A stretch of 64,000 nt of DNA, from NCBI GenBank assembly GCA_034670305.1, contig JAXMNT010000025.1, forward strand, positions 32,001 through 96,000. Reading direction: 5' to 3'. Numbering within the stretch: position 1 is the stretch's first letter; each line of letters opens with the position of its first letter. This DNA is from Deltaproteobacteria bacterium (GTDB lineage: Bacteria; Myxococcota_A; Polyangia; Polyangiales; Houyiibacteriaceae). This document shows positions 8,999 through 18,385 of the stretch, piece by piece. The translations under genes were made by a program, and so were the position numbers. The notes below the pieces were generated by a model that did no database searches, had not been told where the DNA came from, and saw only the letters and a list, made by a program, of their open reading frames with translations.

Positions 8999-10382
8999 CC
9001 TCGATCCGGGGCCGCTCTTGATTCGTCTTCAGCAGACCTTCGGCGCCCACACCGGACGCAGCTACGCGTTTCAAAAAGCGGTGGTGCGCATCGGACGCAT
9101 GCCGGACTCGGATGTCGTCTTCGACGCGCACGCGGACCTGGACGCGTCGGGCCGGCATGCCGAGCTCCGACACGAAGGCAGCGCGTGGGTGCTGGTGGAC
9201 GTCGGCAGTCGCAACGGCACCTTCGTCAATGGGCAGCGCATCCAGCGTCACTCGATCGCGCACGGCGACGAGATCGAGTTCGGACCCGGGGGGCCGCGGC
9301 TGACGGTGGAGCTGAGCGCTCCGGCGGCGCCTTCGGTCGCGCCGCCGGGCGGCATGCCGGCCCGTCCAGACGCAGCGACCATGGCCTCGAGCCCCACGCC
9401 TGAGGTCGGGTCGCGACCCGATGCCCCGACGATGGGTGCGACCCCCGCCTCGGTCCCACCACCTCCGATGGGCAAGCCGACGCAGGTGGACGAGGTCGTG
9501 GGTGACGCCGAGACGATGATGGCGACACCGAAGCCTGCGACCTCGCCTGGGCCGACGCCGCCGTCGGGCTTGCCGTCTGCGGCGGAGGTACCCGAGCCGA
9601 AACTCTACGGCCAGAAGACCGTCGGCGAGATGATGATCAAGGCGGTCCAGGAAGCGCGGGCCAGCGCCACGCCCGAATCGACACGGCCCACCCGCTGGAA
9701 GTTGGCGGCGGTGGTGTTGGCCCTGCTCGTGGTGGGGGTGGTCGTCGCCACCGTGGTCGTGATGAGCCGAGGCCCGGCCGGCGCGCCGGATCCAGCGCAC
9801 ATCACCGCGGCCAACGCCACGGCGCTCTACCGCGTGGTCGCCCAGGACGGTCCCAACGAACAGACGCTGTGCTCCGCGTTTGCGGTCGCGCCCGGCATGC
9901 TCGCCACCACCGCGCGTTGTGCGCATCAGGTCGAGGCGAAACGCGCCGCCGGACAGACCGTACAAGTGGGGCAGAGCCATCAGATGCACCCCATCGGCCG
10001 GGTGTACCGCCACCCGAACCACGTGGAGGGATCCACCGGCGCCAACGTCGGGCTCATCGAGGTCACGGACGCCGCCACCGGAGTGGTGTCGATGGCGCCC
10101 GCGATGACGTTGGATGTGGTTCGCCATGGCACCACGCTGCTCGCGTTCGGCTACGCGCACGGGACGGCCAACGGCGCGCTGGTCGAGGTGGATCGCGTCG
10201 AGCCGCTGCCCACGGGCGGACGACTCTTCCACCACGACGGCACGGTCTCGGAGGGTTCCGCACTCTTCGATGCCTCGGGCCTTGTCGTGGGTGTCCATGT
10301 GGTCGACGGGGACACCCTCGAAGGCACCGGGCACGCGGTGGGCTCGGATCTGATCGCCGCGTTGCTCGCGGGCATGCAGTAG
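8970..10382 (+). CDS. FHA domain - TM - trypsin-like (probably inactive) domain protein
   Basis: FHA motifs IGR, ASGRHA, DVGSRNGTFVNG; Pro-rich linker; TM helix; C-terminal trypsin-like pattern CSAFAV..LATTARC..ANVGLI..SEGSALFD..VVGVH. Start may be TTG at 9018. Confidence 0.85.
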   Translation: MCPTTRSANDLDPGPLLIRLQQTFGAHTGRSYAFQKAVVRIGRMPDSDVVFDAHADLDASGRHAELRHEGSAWVLVDVGSRNGTFVNGQRIQRHSIAHGDEIEFGPGGPRLTVELSAPAAPSVAPPGGMPARPDAATMASSPTPEVGSRPDAPTMGATPASVPPPPMGKPTQVDEVVGDAETMMATPKPATSPGPTPPSGLPSAAEVPEPKLYGQKTVGEMMIKAVQEARASATPESTRPTRWKLAAVVLALLVVGVVVATVVVMSRGPAGAPDPAHITAANATALYRVVAQDGPNEQTLCSAFAVAPGMLATTARCAHQVEAKRAAGQTVQVGQSHQMHPIGRVYRHPNHVEGSTGANVGLIEVTDAATGVVSMAPAMTLDVVRHGTTLLAFGYAHGTANGALVEVDRVEPLPTGGRLFHHDGTVSEGSALFDASGLVVGVHVVDGDTLEGTGHAVGSDLIAALLAGMQ

Positions 10383-10403
10383 AGCTGCGCGAAAGCGCAG
10401 CTC
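10382..10403 (+). terminator. Perfect 9-bp hairpin with GAAA tetraloop after the FHA operon (no U-tract)
   Basis: GAGCTGCGC-GAAA-GCGCAGCTC directly after the TAG, between convergent genes. Confidence 0.5.
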
Positions 10404-10439
10404 CCCTTGCCCGTGCCCGTGCCCTTGCCCTTGCCCTCG
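10404..10439 (+). repeat. (CCCTTG/CCCGTG)x6 tract
   Basis: Directly visible; the same module occurs at 55089-55138. Confidence 0.9.
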
Positions 10440-10442
10440 GTT

Positions 10443-10595
10443 CCGAAGCCGACCCCGAAGCCGAAGCCGACCCCGAAGCCGAAGCCGACCCCGAAGCCGA
10501 CCCCGAAGCCGACCCCGAAGCCGACCCCGAAGCCGACGCCGACGCCGAAGCCGACGCCGACGCCGACGCCGACGCCGAAGCACACGCCGACGCCG
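10443..10595 (+). repeat. Hexamer tandem array (CCGAAG/CCGACC/CCGACG)n, locus 2
   Basis: About 25 CCGANN units between convergent genes. Confidence 0.95.
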
Positions 10596-10602
10596 CCGTT
10601 CC

Positions 10603-11334
10603 TCACGCCGGTGGGGACTGGTGGCCTTGTACGTTTCGTTTCTGTGGCGCGTTGAGGGTCTGGATGCGGTCGAGGTAGCGTGCGAGGTTTCTGAAGGAGG
10701 TGACCTGGTCTCGGTACCAGGGCGTCAGCCCGCTCCGGAGGCTGTGGAGCTGGGCGAAGATCGCGAGGTCTGCGACGCTCGGGTGGGGGGTGCACCAGTA
10801 GCCGTTCTTGGGCGCGCGCTTGTCCAGCTGGGCGAGACGCACGAGGAACTGTCGGCGGAACTCGACCTGCCCACGCCGCAGCGGCGACACCGACCCGGCC
10901 ACGCGCTCGCGCATGGGAAGCACGACCGCATCGGGGGCGGGCCCGAAGAACGCGGGGCGGGTGCGTTGCCAGCTCTCGTCGTCGCCCCAGCGGGCGCCGA
11001 TGAGGAACGCGTTCAGATCCGAGTCGGCCATCTCCTCCCAGAGCTGCGCTTCGACGTCCTTGGCATCGAACGCGTCCGGTCGCAGGGCGGCGATGCGTTT
11101 CAGGATGTCGGTCGAGTCGATCACGACGTCGCCGTCGAGCTTGAGGACGGGGACCTGACCGGCCGGGTTGAGATCGTTCCAGTCGATCGGCTTCTGCCGA
11201 TGCTCGGACGTGTACGGCAACCCCGCGAGCTGGAGTGCCCGATGCACTTTCAGGACGAACGGGGAGTAACTGGGGAGGGCGGGATCGTCGGTGGTTCCGA
11301 CTTCGCAAACAATGAGTTGTGGGGTCTTGGCCAT
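10603..11334 (-). CDS. Glutathione S-transferase family protein (metaxin/FAX-like)
   Basis: [44 protein letters not shown] before the ATG at 11334. Confidence 0.88.
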   Translation of the reverse strand: MAKTPQLIVCEVGTTDDPALPSYSPFVLKVHRALQLAGLPYTSEHRQKPIDWNDLNPAGQVPVLKLDGDVVIDSTDILKRIAALRPDAFDAKDVEAQLWEEMADSDLNAFLIGARWGDDESWQRTRPAFFGPAPDAVVLPMRERVAGSVSPLRRGQVEFRRQFLVRLAQLDKRAPKNGYWCTPHPSVADLAIFAQLHSLRSGLTPWYRDQVTSFRNLARYLDRIQTLNAPQKRNVQGHQSPPA

Positions 11335-11395
11335 GGGGGCTCCTTCGGCGGACACAGGTGGTGTCTGGGTGAGCACGCACCCTGCCTTGTCCGAG

Positions 11396-11427
11396 TGTCA
11401 CCTTTATGTCAGGTTATGTCGGGTGAC
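11396..11427. promoter_or_regulatory. Candidate operator of the WYL regulator (TGTC direct repeats)
   Basis: TGTCA-cctttA-TGTCA-ggttA-TGTCGG with TGTC at 11396, 11407 and 11417 (about one helical turn apart), plus a GTCACC/GGTGAC inverted pair, in the divergent intergenic region. Confidence 0.5.
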
Positions 11428-12058
11428 CCGGACCGTGCGACTTTTGGCCATGACGGAGCTGCTGCGGGCTCGGCGCACCGGCATCACAGCGGCGGAAATC
11501 GCCGAGCACTTCGGTGTCACCCTGCGGACGGTGTACCGCGACCTCGCGGCGCTCAAAGTCGCCGAACTGCCGCTGCGGGCAGACCGGGGTCGGGGCGGCG
11601 GCTACGCGCTCGACCGGAGCTACACCCTACCGCCGGTGAACTTCACAGCGCGGGAGGCCGCGGTGCTGATCGCCGCGGGCGAATGGCTGTCGAGGATGCG
11701 GGTCCTGCCCTTCGCGAACACGCTCACGGGCGCCGTGCACAAACTGCGGGCGGCTCTCGGCGAGCGGGGGCAGCGCGAACTGGAACGACAGCTGGACCGC
11801 ATCGACTTCGTTGGTGTGCCGGCACGCGAGGTCGCACCGCGGGCACGCGAGGCGATCGAGCGGGCATTCTTCGAGCGCCGTCCGGTCGAGCTGACCTACC
11901 GAGGCGCCCGCCGAACCGACGCGCTCCGAACCCGCTCGGTCCGCATCGAGTCCATCGTGATGGACCGTTCCGAGACCTTGCTCAACACCGTCGACACGGA
12001 CACCGGCGACGAACGTCAGCTCCGCTTGCACCGCATCGAACAAGCGATCGTGCAGTAG
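11423..12058 (+). CDS. HTH_11 + WYL transcriptional regulator (YafY-like)
   Basis: TAAEIAEHFGVTLRTVYRDL, GRGGGY, LPPVNFT, C-terminal R.LRLHRI; GTG start gives the typical MTRTVRLLA N-terminus. Confidence 0.9.
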   Translation: MTRTVRLLAMTELLRARRTGITAAEIAEHFGVTLRTVYRDLAALKVAELPLRADRGRGGGYALDRSYTLPPVNFTAREAAVLIAAGEWLSRMRVLPFANTLTGAVHKLRAALGERGQRELERQLDRIDFVGVPAREVAPRAREAIERAFFERRPVELTYRGARRTDALRTRSVRIESIVMDRSETLLNTVDTDTGDERQLRLHRIEQAIVQ

Positions 12059-12070
12059 ACGCCGAGACTT

Positions 12071-13639
12071 CTACTCGGCCGCGAGTTCGTACGGATAGGC
12101 CACCGAGAGCTCTTCCTGCGTGAAGCGCGGGAAGCGCAGGCTCTGCACCACGTTGGCCATGCAGATGCCGTCGTCCGGATTGCCGACCCCTTCGGCCACT
12201 GCGCCGGTCACTTCGCCGGTCTCGCCCCGCACCGTGAAGCGCAGCACGACGTGTCCCGTGAACGAAGGCGCGCATCCTTCGAGCGCACCCCGCAGCGGCT
12301 GCATCGTGGCGATGATCGCTTCGCGGGGCGGGGTCTCGGGAAGCGGAGGCGCGGGCGCTTCACCGCCGAGCGCGCGCAACCCTTCCCGCGCGGTCATGTT
12401 GTTCCGGTCGAGACGCATGGCTTGCTGGAGCGCCGCGACGGCTGCTTCGCGCTGGTTGTTCTGCGCGAGCGCACGACCGAGCAGGACGAAGTAGTTGGAG
12501 TTGGTGTCCTCCAGCTGGACCGCCTGCTGGAACGCGCGCACCGCGCCGCCCATGTCGCCCATGGCCGCGCGGGCGTTGCCGATGCCGACGAAGGTACCTG
12601 CATGGTTGGGCTCGATCTGCGCGGCGGCTTCGTACGCACCGGACGCCGCCGGGTAGTTGCGAAGTCGGAACTGCGCTCGGGCTTGCTGCCGCAGGGCCTC
12701 GGCGGCTGAGACTCCGGACACCTGCACATTGGTGTTGTGGTTCGGGTTCTGACGCATCGTGGGCGCCTGATGCATGGTGGGCGGCGCCTGGACGGCGACC
12801 TGGGCCTGTGCCGACGCGCCACCCCATTCGACGAACGCGCGTGCGGCGCGCGGGGAGAGACCGAGCAACGACTCTGCGGCGTCGCTCCCACCGCGTCGCC
12901 CGACCGCCGAGGCAATGCACCGCGCGAGGCCCGGGGTGGGTCCGACGTGCCAGGCACGCATCTGGGATTCGCGATCGCTGGAGCCGCCGGGGCACGCTTC
13001 CATCAGGGCCAGCACGCCGCGGCCGCGGTCGTCGTTCCTGAGGCTGCGGGGCACACCGAGCATCGCCTCGCGGAGTCCCCGCGCGACCTCACGAGCGACC
13101 CGGCGGTTCACGCGCGCGCTGCGCAACTCGCGCTCGAGCTCGGACCCATCGTCGGGCGGGATGTAGGGGAGGGCGGCGGGTGTGAGTGTCGCGGCGGCCA
13201 CGAGCGCGTCGCACTCCCCCATGGTGACGCCGTAGGTGTTCGCGCACAGCACCGAACCGTTTCGCTGCCGGGGAAAGAGCGCCGCGAGTACTTGCACGTT
13301 CATGCCGCTCTGCATGCGCTCCAGGGTTGCCTGCAAGCGGGCTGCGTACTCGTTGCGGGGAGGCGCACCGGCGCCGAAGATGGCCGAGTGCACCGCCCGG
13401 CGAAGGTCCGTGTCGAACGCGTTGCCCCCGTTGGCGGCATCGGCTTGCAGGTCGGCGTCGATCCGCGAGGCGAGTGCGCGCGCGGTGTCGCGCGGCATCT
13501 GTCCATTCTGCACGAGTCGTTGGACCACGCCCGGGTCCTGCGCGTGCGCCGAGGGCGCGACGCAGAAGAGGACCAAGGCTGTCGCCACCGGGAGGCCAAG
13601 GGCCAGGGTGGGTCGTGCGGAGAAAGATCGTGTCGTCAT
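12071..13639 (-). CDS. Exported TPR protein with C-terminal AgmX/PglI (TonB-C-like) domain
   Basis: Signal ending SAHA-Q; three TPR units (AYEAAAQIEPNHA, AFQQAVQLED, ALQQAMRLD); C-terminus C..GHVVLRFTV..G.V...C..VVQSLRFPRF..VAYPY. Confidence 0.8.
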   Translation of the reverse strand: MTTRSFSARPTLALGLPVATALVLFCVAPSAHAQDPGVVQRLVQNGQMPRDTARALASRIDADLQADAANGGNAFDTDLRRAVHSAIFGAGAPPRNEYAARLQATLERMQSGMNVQVLAALFPRQRNGSVLCANTYGVTMGECDALVAAATLTPAALPYIPPDDGSELERELRSARVNRRVAREVARGLREAMLGVPRSLRNDDRGRGVLALMEACPGGSSDRESQMRAWHVGPTPGLARCIASAVGRRGGSDAAESLLGLSPRAARAFVEWGGASAQAQVAVQAPPTMHQAPTMRQNPNHNTNVQVSGVSAAEALRQQARAQFRLRNYPAASGAYEAAAQIEPNHAGTFVGIGNARAAMGDMGGAVRAFQQAVQLEDTNSNYFVLLGRALAQNNQREAAVAALQQAMRLDRNNMTAREGLRALGGEAPAPPLPETPPREAIIATMQPLRGALEGCAPSFTGHVVLRFTVRGETGEVTGAVAEGVGNPDDGICMANVVQSLRFPRFTQEELSVAYPYELAAE

Positions 13640-13848
13640 GCGTTTGTTGGGTCGTTCGGTCGCCGGGAGAACCGGTGTGCCGGTAAGGACGGACCGCCAG
13701 GGTGGCGTATTCTTCGGATCTACCGGGGGGATGGCAAGCGGCCTGGTCCCCGTCGTCGAAACACGGCAAATTGTTCGGGGATCCGCCCTTGTTGTCCAGG
13801 AAGTGGGGCGTGTGTGCCGAACAGGCGCACCGCGCAGGTGGCGGACGC

Positions 13849-15582
13849 TCAGGCCTTCGGGCGGATCGCGGAGGCCAGATCGGACGCGAGGCGCTCGAGG
13901 AGCGCGTCGCCGCGTGCGCGGGCGACGTCGATGGTCTCGTCTTCCGCAACTTCGACCCGGAGGTCGAAGTACTGCTTGAGTTTGGGTTCGGTGCCGCTCG
14001 GACGGAGCATCACTCGGTGTCCCCCGTCGAGTTCGAAGATGACGAGGTTGGCGGGGGGCAGATCCGCCGCGGTGGTGTCGCCGTTCGCGGTGCGGGTGCC
14101 CGCGCGCAGGTCCGTCGTGGCAACGACGGAGAGCCCAGCCAAGGTGGCGGGCGGTGCGGTGCGTGCGCGCTCCATCGCCGCCTGGATCTGGGCCGCGCCA
14201 TCGGTTCCGGGCAGAACCCACGACACCTGCTTGTTCAGGTACATGCCGTAGGTGCGCCACGCGCTTTCGAGCTCGTCGACGATCGTTCGACCGCGTTCGG
14301 CGCACCATGCGGCCATCTCCGCAGCGAAGACGGCGGCACTGATTCCATCCTTGTCGCGGATGACCGGACCGACCGCGTAGCCGAGCGCTTCTTCGTACCC
14401 GAGCACGAGCTCGTAGCCTTCGGCGTCGAGCGCCTTCGCGCGGGCGTGGATCCACTTGTGGCCGGTGAGTGTTTGTTCGGCCCGCACGCCGGTGTGGGCG
14501 CCGATCGCACCGAGCATTGCAGTGCTCACGATGCTGCTGAGCACCAGCGGCTTGCGGTCGGTGCGGGACCACGGCCGCGCCGTGAGCGCGTAGTGCGCGA
14601 GCAAGCAGCCGATCTGATCTCCGGTGAGGTTCACGTACCGGCCGTCGTGCAGAATCGACATCGCGAGGCGGTCCGCGTCGGGGTCGTTCGCGAGCACCAA
14701 GTGCGCGCGCTTTTCGGCGGCTAGGGCCAGCACCAGATCCATCGCCCCGTCTTCTTCCGGGTTCGGAAACGCGACGGTCGGGAACGTACCATCGGGCGCC
14801 TGCTGCGATGCCACCACGGAGACGTCTTCGAAGCCCGCCCGCGCGAGCGCGTCGACGACCACGTCGCCGCCGACGCCGTGCATGGCGGTGTAGGCGATTC
14901 GGAGTTCGACGGGTTTCGCGAGCACGTCGAGCCGGATGTCGGCCGCATACTGGGTGTACGCGTCCCGCAGGTCGGCGCCGATCGCCGTGTGGCGGGGCGA
15001 AGAGAGATCGGTGCGTGCGACGGAGCGGACACTCGGCACCGCGTCGATGGCGGCGGCGATCTTGGCGTCGACGGGCGGCACGATCTGCGACCCCATCCAG
15101 TAGACCTTGCACCCGTTGTACTCGGGCGGGTTGTGGCTGGCGGTCACCACCAGCGCGGCCGGCGCCTGCAGTTCGTTGCTGGCGAAGACGACCATCGGCG
15201 TAGGCGCTGGCTGCTCGAAGAGCGCGACGCGGAATCCGGCACCGAGCAACACCTCCGCAGCGGCGGTCGCGAGCCCTCGACTCGTCCGGCGGGCGTCGAA
15301 CCCGATCACCACCGGCGCCTCCGGCACGCCTCGACAGGCTTCGAGTGCGTACGCGACCAGCCCCGCGGTCATGCGCACGATGGTGGCCTGGTTCATCCGG
15401 TTCGGTCCGCCGCCCATCAGGCCGCGCAAGCCCGCGGTGCCGAACTGCAACCGGCCGCGGAAACGTTCGGCGAGGTCGGCTTCGTCGCCAGCCTCCAGCA
15501 ACGCCTCGAGTTCGGCGCGCGTCTCCGCTTCAGGGTCGTCCTCAATCCACGCGCGAACGGTGGCGGCCAGGGTCTCGTCCAT
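13849..15582 (-). CDS. Phospho-sugar mutase (phosphoglucomutase/phosphomannomutase)
   Basis: FGTAGLRG, TASHNP, DPDADR, GYEEALG, RPSGTEPKLK motifs. Confidence 0.95.
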   Translation of the reverse strand: MDETLAATVRAWIEDDPEAETRAELEALLEAGDEADLAERFRGRLQFGTAGLRGLMGGGPNRMNQATIVRMTAGLVAYALEACRGVPEAPVVIGFDARRTSRGLATAAAEVLLGAGFRVALFEQPAPTPMVVFASNELQAPAALVVTASHNPPEYNGCKVYWMGSQIVPPVDAKIAAAIDAVPSVRSVARTDLSSPRHTAIGADLRDAYTQYAADIRLDVLAKPVELRIAYTAMHGVGGDVVVDALARAGFEDVSVVASQQAPDGTFPTVAFPNPEEDGAMDLVLALAAEKRAHLVLANDPDADRLAMSILHDGRYVNLTGDQIGCLLAHYALTARPWSRTDRKPLVLSSIVSTAMLGAIGAHTGVRAEQTLTGHKWIHARAKALDAEGYELVLGYEEALGYAVGPVIRDKDGISAAVFAAEMAAWCAERGRTIVDELESAWRTYGMYLNKQVSWVLPGTDGAAQIQAAMERARTAPPATLAGLSVVATTDLRAGTRTANGDTTAADLPPANLVIFELDGGHRVMLRPSGTEPKLKQYFDLRVEVAEDETIDVARARGDALLERLASDLASAIRPKA

Positions 15583-15688
15583 AAGCGGAGAAGGGTAAAC
15601 CAAGCCCCCCGAGCGCATCCCGAAAATCGAGGAGCGGTGGCCGGATCGATGGTCCAGCCGCCGGTTTTTTGACCGGTCGGGATCGGGT

Positions 15689-16324
15689 GTGCGAGTTGTC
15701 CTCACTGCGGAGGAATCGATGCTGGGAGCCCGAGTCACGGATGCGGTCGAGTACATGCAGCGACGCCAGGAGTCGAAGGGGGCGGTGCGCATCGTGCGCC
15801 GTCGCCAGCCCGACAAGTTCCGGTGGCGCGACGCGGTCTCCAAACTGAGCGGAGCGGCGGGTCGCATGCGCGGCAAAGAACGCATGCGCATCGAAGAGCC
15901 GGTGCGCGAGGTCGTCTTGGACCTGAGCGACAACCTGCTTCGGCGCGAATGCGTCATCGACGCCCGCCGCTTCAACGTCGACCTCGACCGAGGAGAGGTT
16001 CTCCCATTCCATCGGATGGGCGACCTGCGCCGCTACGCGTTCCTTGTGGGGGCCGACGTGCAGATCATCGAGCGCTACGTGGAGCTGCCGGACGACTTCT
16101 TCGCGCCGATCGACACCGCCGCATGCACCGTCGTCAGCCGCGCTATGGCCAACCACCATCGCAAACGCGCCCAGCGCGCGTGGCTCGAGATTCCGGATCC
16201 CGACGGCGGGCAGCGGCTTTCGCCCCACCAGCGGCTCATCGTCGCCAAGGCGGAAGAAGACGCCCAGACCGCCAAACGCTGGGCCGCCCTCGCCCGCACC
16301 CTGGTCGACGACAAGAAGCCCTAG
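15689..16324 (+). CDS. Hypothetical protein (211 aa, basic, helical)
   Basis: ORF with genome-typical GC3 bias filling the gap, divergent from the mutase gene. Confidence 0.75.
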   Translation: MRVVLTAEESMLGARVTDAVEYMQRRQESKGAVRIVRRRQPDKFRWRDAVSKLSGAAGRMRGKERMRIEEPVREVVLDLSDNLLRRECVIDARRFNVDLDRGEVLPFHRMGDLRRYAFLVGADVQIIERYVELPDDFFAPIDTAACTVVSRAMANHHRKRAQRAWLEIPDPDGGQRLSPHQRLIVAKAEEDAQTAKRWAALARTLVDDKKP

Positions 16325-16380
16325 CTGCTGGCCGGCTGAGGATCATTGCTCGCGCGACGCGGTCCTGATACCGACGTGGC

Positions 16381-17460
16381 ATGAGTGAAGAGATTCCGGT
16401 CGTCGACCTCTCGGACGCATCCAGCGCAGCCTCCGCCGAGGCGATCCTCAAGGGCTTCGGCGACTTCGGCTTGGTCTACGTGAAGGGCCATGGCGTCGAC
16501 ATCGACCGACTGCACCGGTTCTACGATCTGCTGATCGCGCTCTTCGCGAAGCCAGAGGCCGAGAAACAAACGTGGGCCCGTCCGGACATCTGGTACCAGC
16601 GCGGCTGGACCCCGCCGAACACGGAGCAGGCGGTGGTCGCGGGCGGACAGCCCGACTTCAAGGAGTGCTACTTCGCTGCGCCCATGGAGCTCGACGCGCG
16701 CCTCGGGTTGATGTTCCCTGAGATCTACTCCGAGAACTCCTGGCCGGAGGGCGCCGACGACTTCCGCGACGAGTACCTCGCGCTCGGCCGCAGTGTGCAT
16801 CGGGTCGGCCTCGATCTGCTCCGGGTCTGTGCGACCGCGCTCGACCTGCCGGCGGAGATCTTCGCGGAGGGCACCCACGGTGGCCCGCACGTGACGCGCG
16901 CGCTCCGCTACCTCGCCCTCGACGAGAGTCAGGTCGGCGGAGACATCGTCTGGGGCGAAGAGCACACGGACTTCAACTTGGTGACCCTGCTGCCGGGTGG
17001 CCGCTTCTTCGACCCCTCCGGTCAGCCCTGCGGTCGCCCCGATCCGGACGCGGGCCTCTACCTGCGCACCCGCCCCACCGCCGCGCACCCCAAGGGCCGC
17101 ATGGTCCATGGCCGGCCCCCGCCCGGCTGCATCGTCGCGCAGGTCGGGCAGCAGCTCGAGATCCTCACCGGCGGCACCATGCTCGCCACGCCCCACGTGA
17201 TCACCGCACCCAAGGCGCCCGGCTACACGCGGACTGCGTTCGCCCACTTTGTCCATCTCCACAGCGAGCAGCGCCTCTTCCCCCACGACAAGTTCCTCAC
17301 CGACGACGTCATGCGGGCGTACGGGCCGCCGGTGCTGGCCGGGACCTATGGGCTCAAGACCCTGGTCGACATCGGGCTGGCGCCCAAGAGCGCCCTCGAC
17401 AAGCTCGGCTACCACCACTACGACCGCCTCGCCGACGCGAGAGCGCCCGACAAATCCTGA
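16381..17460 (+). CDS. Isopenicillin N synthase-like 2OG-Fe(II) dioxygenase
   Basis: IPVVDLS, GLVYVKGHGV, RALRY, HTD (HxD), distal H in ATPHVI, RTA (RxS-like). Confidence 0.9.
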   Translation: MSEEIPVVDLSDASSAASAEAILKGFGDFGLVYVKGHGVDIDRLHRFYDLLIALFAKPEAEKQTWARPDIWYQRGWTPPNTEQAVVAGGQPDFKECYFAAPMELDARLGLMFPEIYSENSWPEGADDFRDEYLALGRSVHRVGLDLLRVCATALDLPAEIFAEGTHGGPHVTRALRYLALDESQVGGDIVWGEEHTDFNLVTLLPGGRFFDPSGQPCGRPDPDAGLYLRTRPTAAHPKGRMVHGRPPPGCIVAQVGQQLEILTGGTMLATPHVITAPKAPGYTRTAFAHFVHLHSEQRLFPHDKFLTDDVMRAYGPPVLAGTYGLKTLVDIGLAPKSALDKLGYHHYDRLADARAPDKS

Positions 17461-17514
17461 CGCCCGCTCGGGAAAGTCAAACATCGGTTTCGGTTGCGGT
17501 ATGCTTCGACACCG

Positions 17515-18276
17515 ATGATTCCGCCCCCTCCGATGAGTCGCCCGCGCGCCGCGATCCTCGCGCACCGCCGCGGTGAGGGCAGCGTTCAGGCGGTCCTTCG
17601 GGCCTGCATGGAGCACAGCGAGTGGCTCGTGCCGATCCACTTCTTCCCCCAGGGCGAGCTGCAGTCGGCGCACAAGGTCGCGTTCGGTCCACGCCACCAG
17701 ATCCCACCCGCGGAGCTGTGGGTGTTCTCGGAGCAGGGCACCGCCCAGCAAGCCTTCTCACAAGGCGCACTCCTCGGTGCGTACGTGGCGAGTGTGCCCG
17801 GTTGCCGCCTGTTCCGCGGGGTCCCTGAGGACATCACCCGGGTGAAGATCAACGGCGGCGGGTTCGATGAGGATTTGCTCGAGTTCGACCGGGCCGGTTT
17901 CGACCAGCTCTCGGAATGGGCGGCCACCATCGATCTCGAGGCGTCGTTCGCCGACCCGGACGGCAACGCCTGCCGCGAGCGCATTCGCAAACACGCCGCC
18001 TACCACGTGCCGCTGATGCCCGATGGGCGGATGATCGCGAAGCCGGGCCACGGCGGGTTCGCCCAGCCCGGCGTGATCTGCACGAGCGCCGACAACTACG
18101 AAGCGTTCGTCGGCGCCCTGGAGCCCGAGCTGGCGGCGCAGCTGACCCACAGCATCGTCGACGGAGGCGGGTTGTGGCGGGAACTCGGCGGCCAGGAAGT
18201 GGATGCGCTCTACATCAATCCCTTCGGTCCCGGCCGCACCGTGACGCTGCCTCGAAACGCTGCGGCGCCCGACTGA
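17515..18276 (+). CDS. Hypothetical protein (SseB-like duplicated fold possible)
   Basis: Two similar halves (WLVP..LWVFS..VKING / YHVP..VICTS..LYINPFGP). Start uncertain. Confidence 0.7.
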   Translation: MIPPPPMSRPRAAILAHRRGEGSVQAVLRACMEHSEWLVPIHFFPQGELQSAHKVAFGPRHQIPPAELWVFSEQGTAQQAFSQGALLGAYVASVPGCRLFRGVPEDITRVKINGGGFDEDLLEFDRAGFDQLSEWAATIDLEASFADPDGNACRERIRKHAAYHVPLMPDGRMIAKPGHGGFAQPGVICTSADNYEAFVGALEPELAAQLTHSIVDGGGLWRELGGQEVDALYINPFGPGRTVTLPRNAAAPD

Positions 18277-18385
18277 GCAGGGCCGCGTCCCGAGGATCGG
18301 CGCTCGACCCCATTTCCCCGCCTTCGAGGCAAGGGTGTGAGCGAGTCGGTTGTCCCGACCAGGCGCTTGTTGCACCCTCCGCCGC

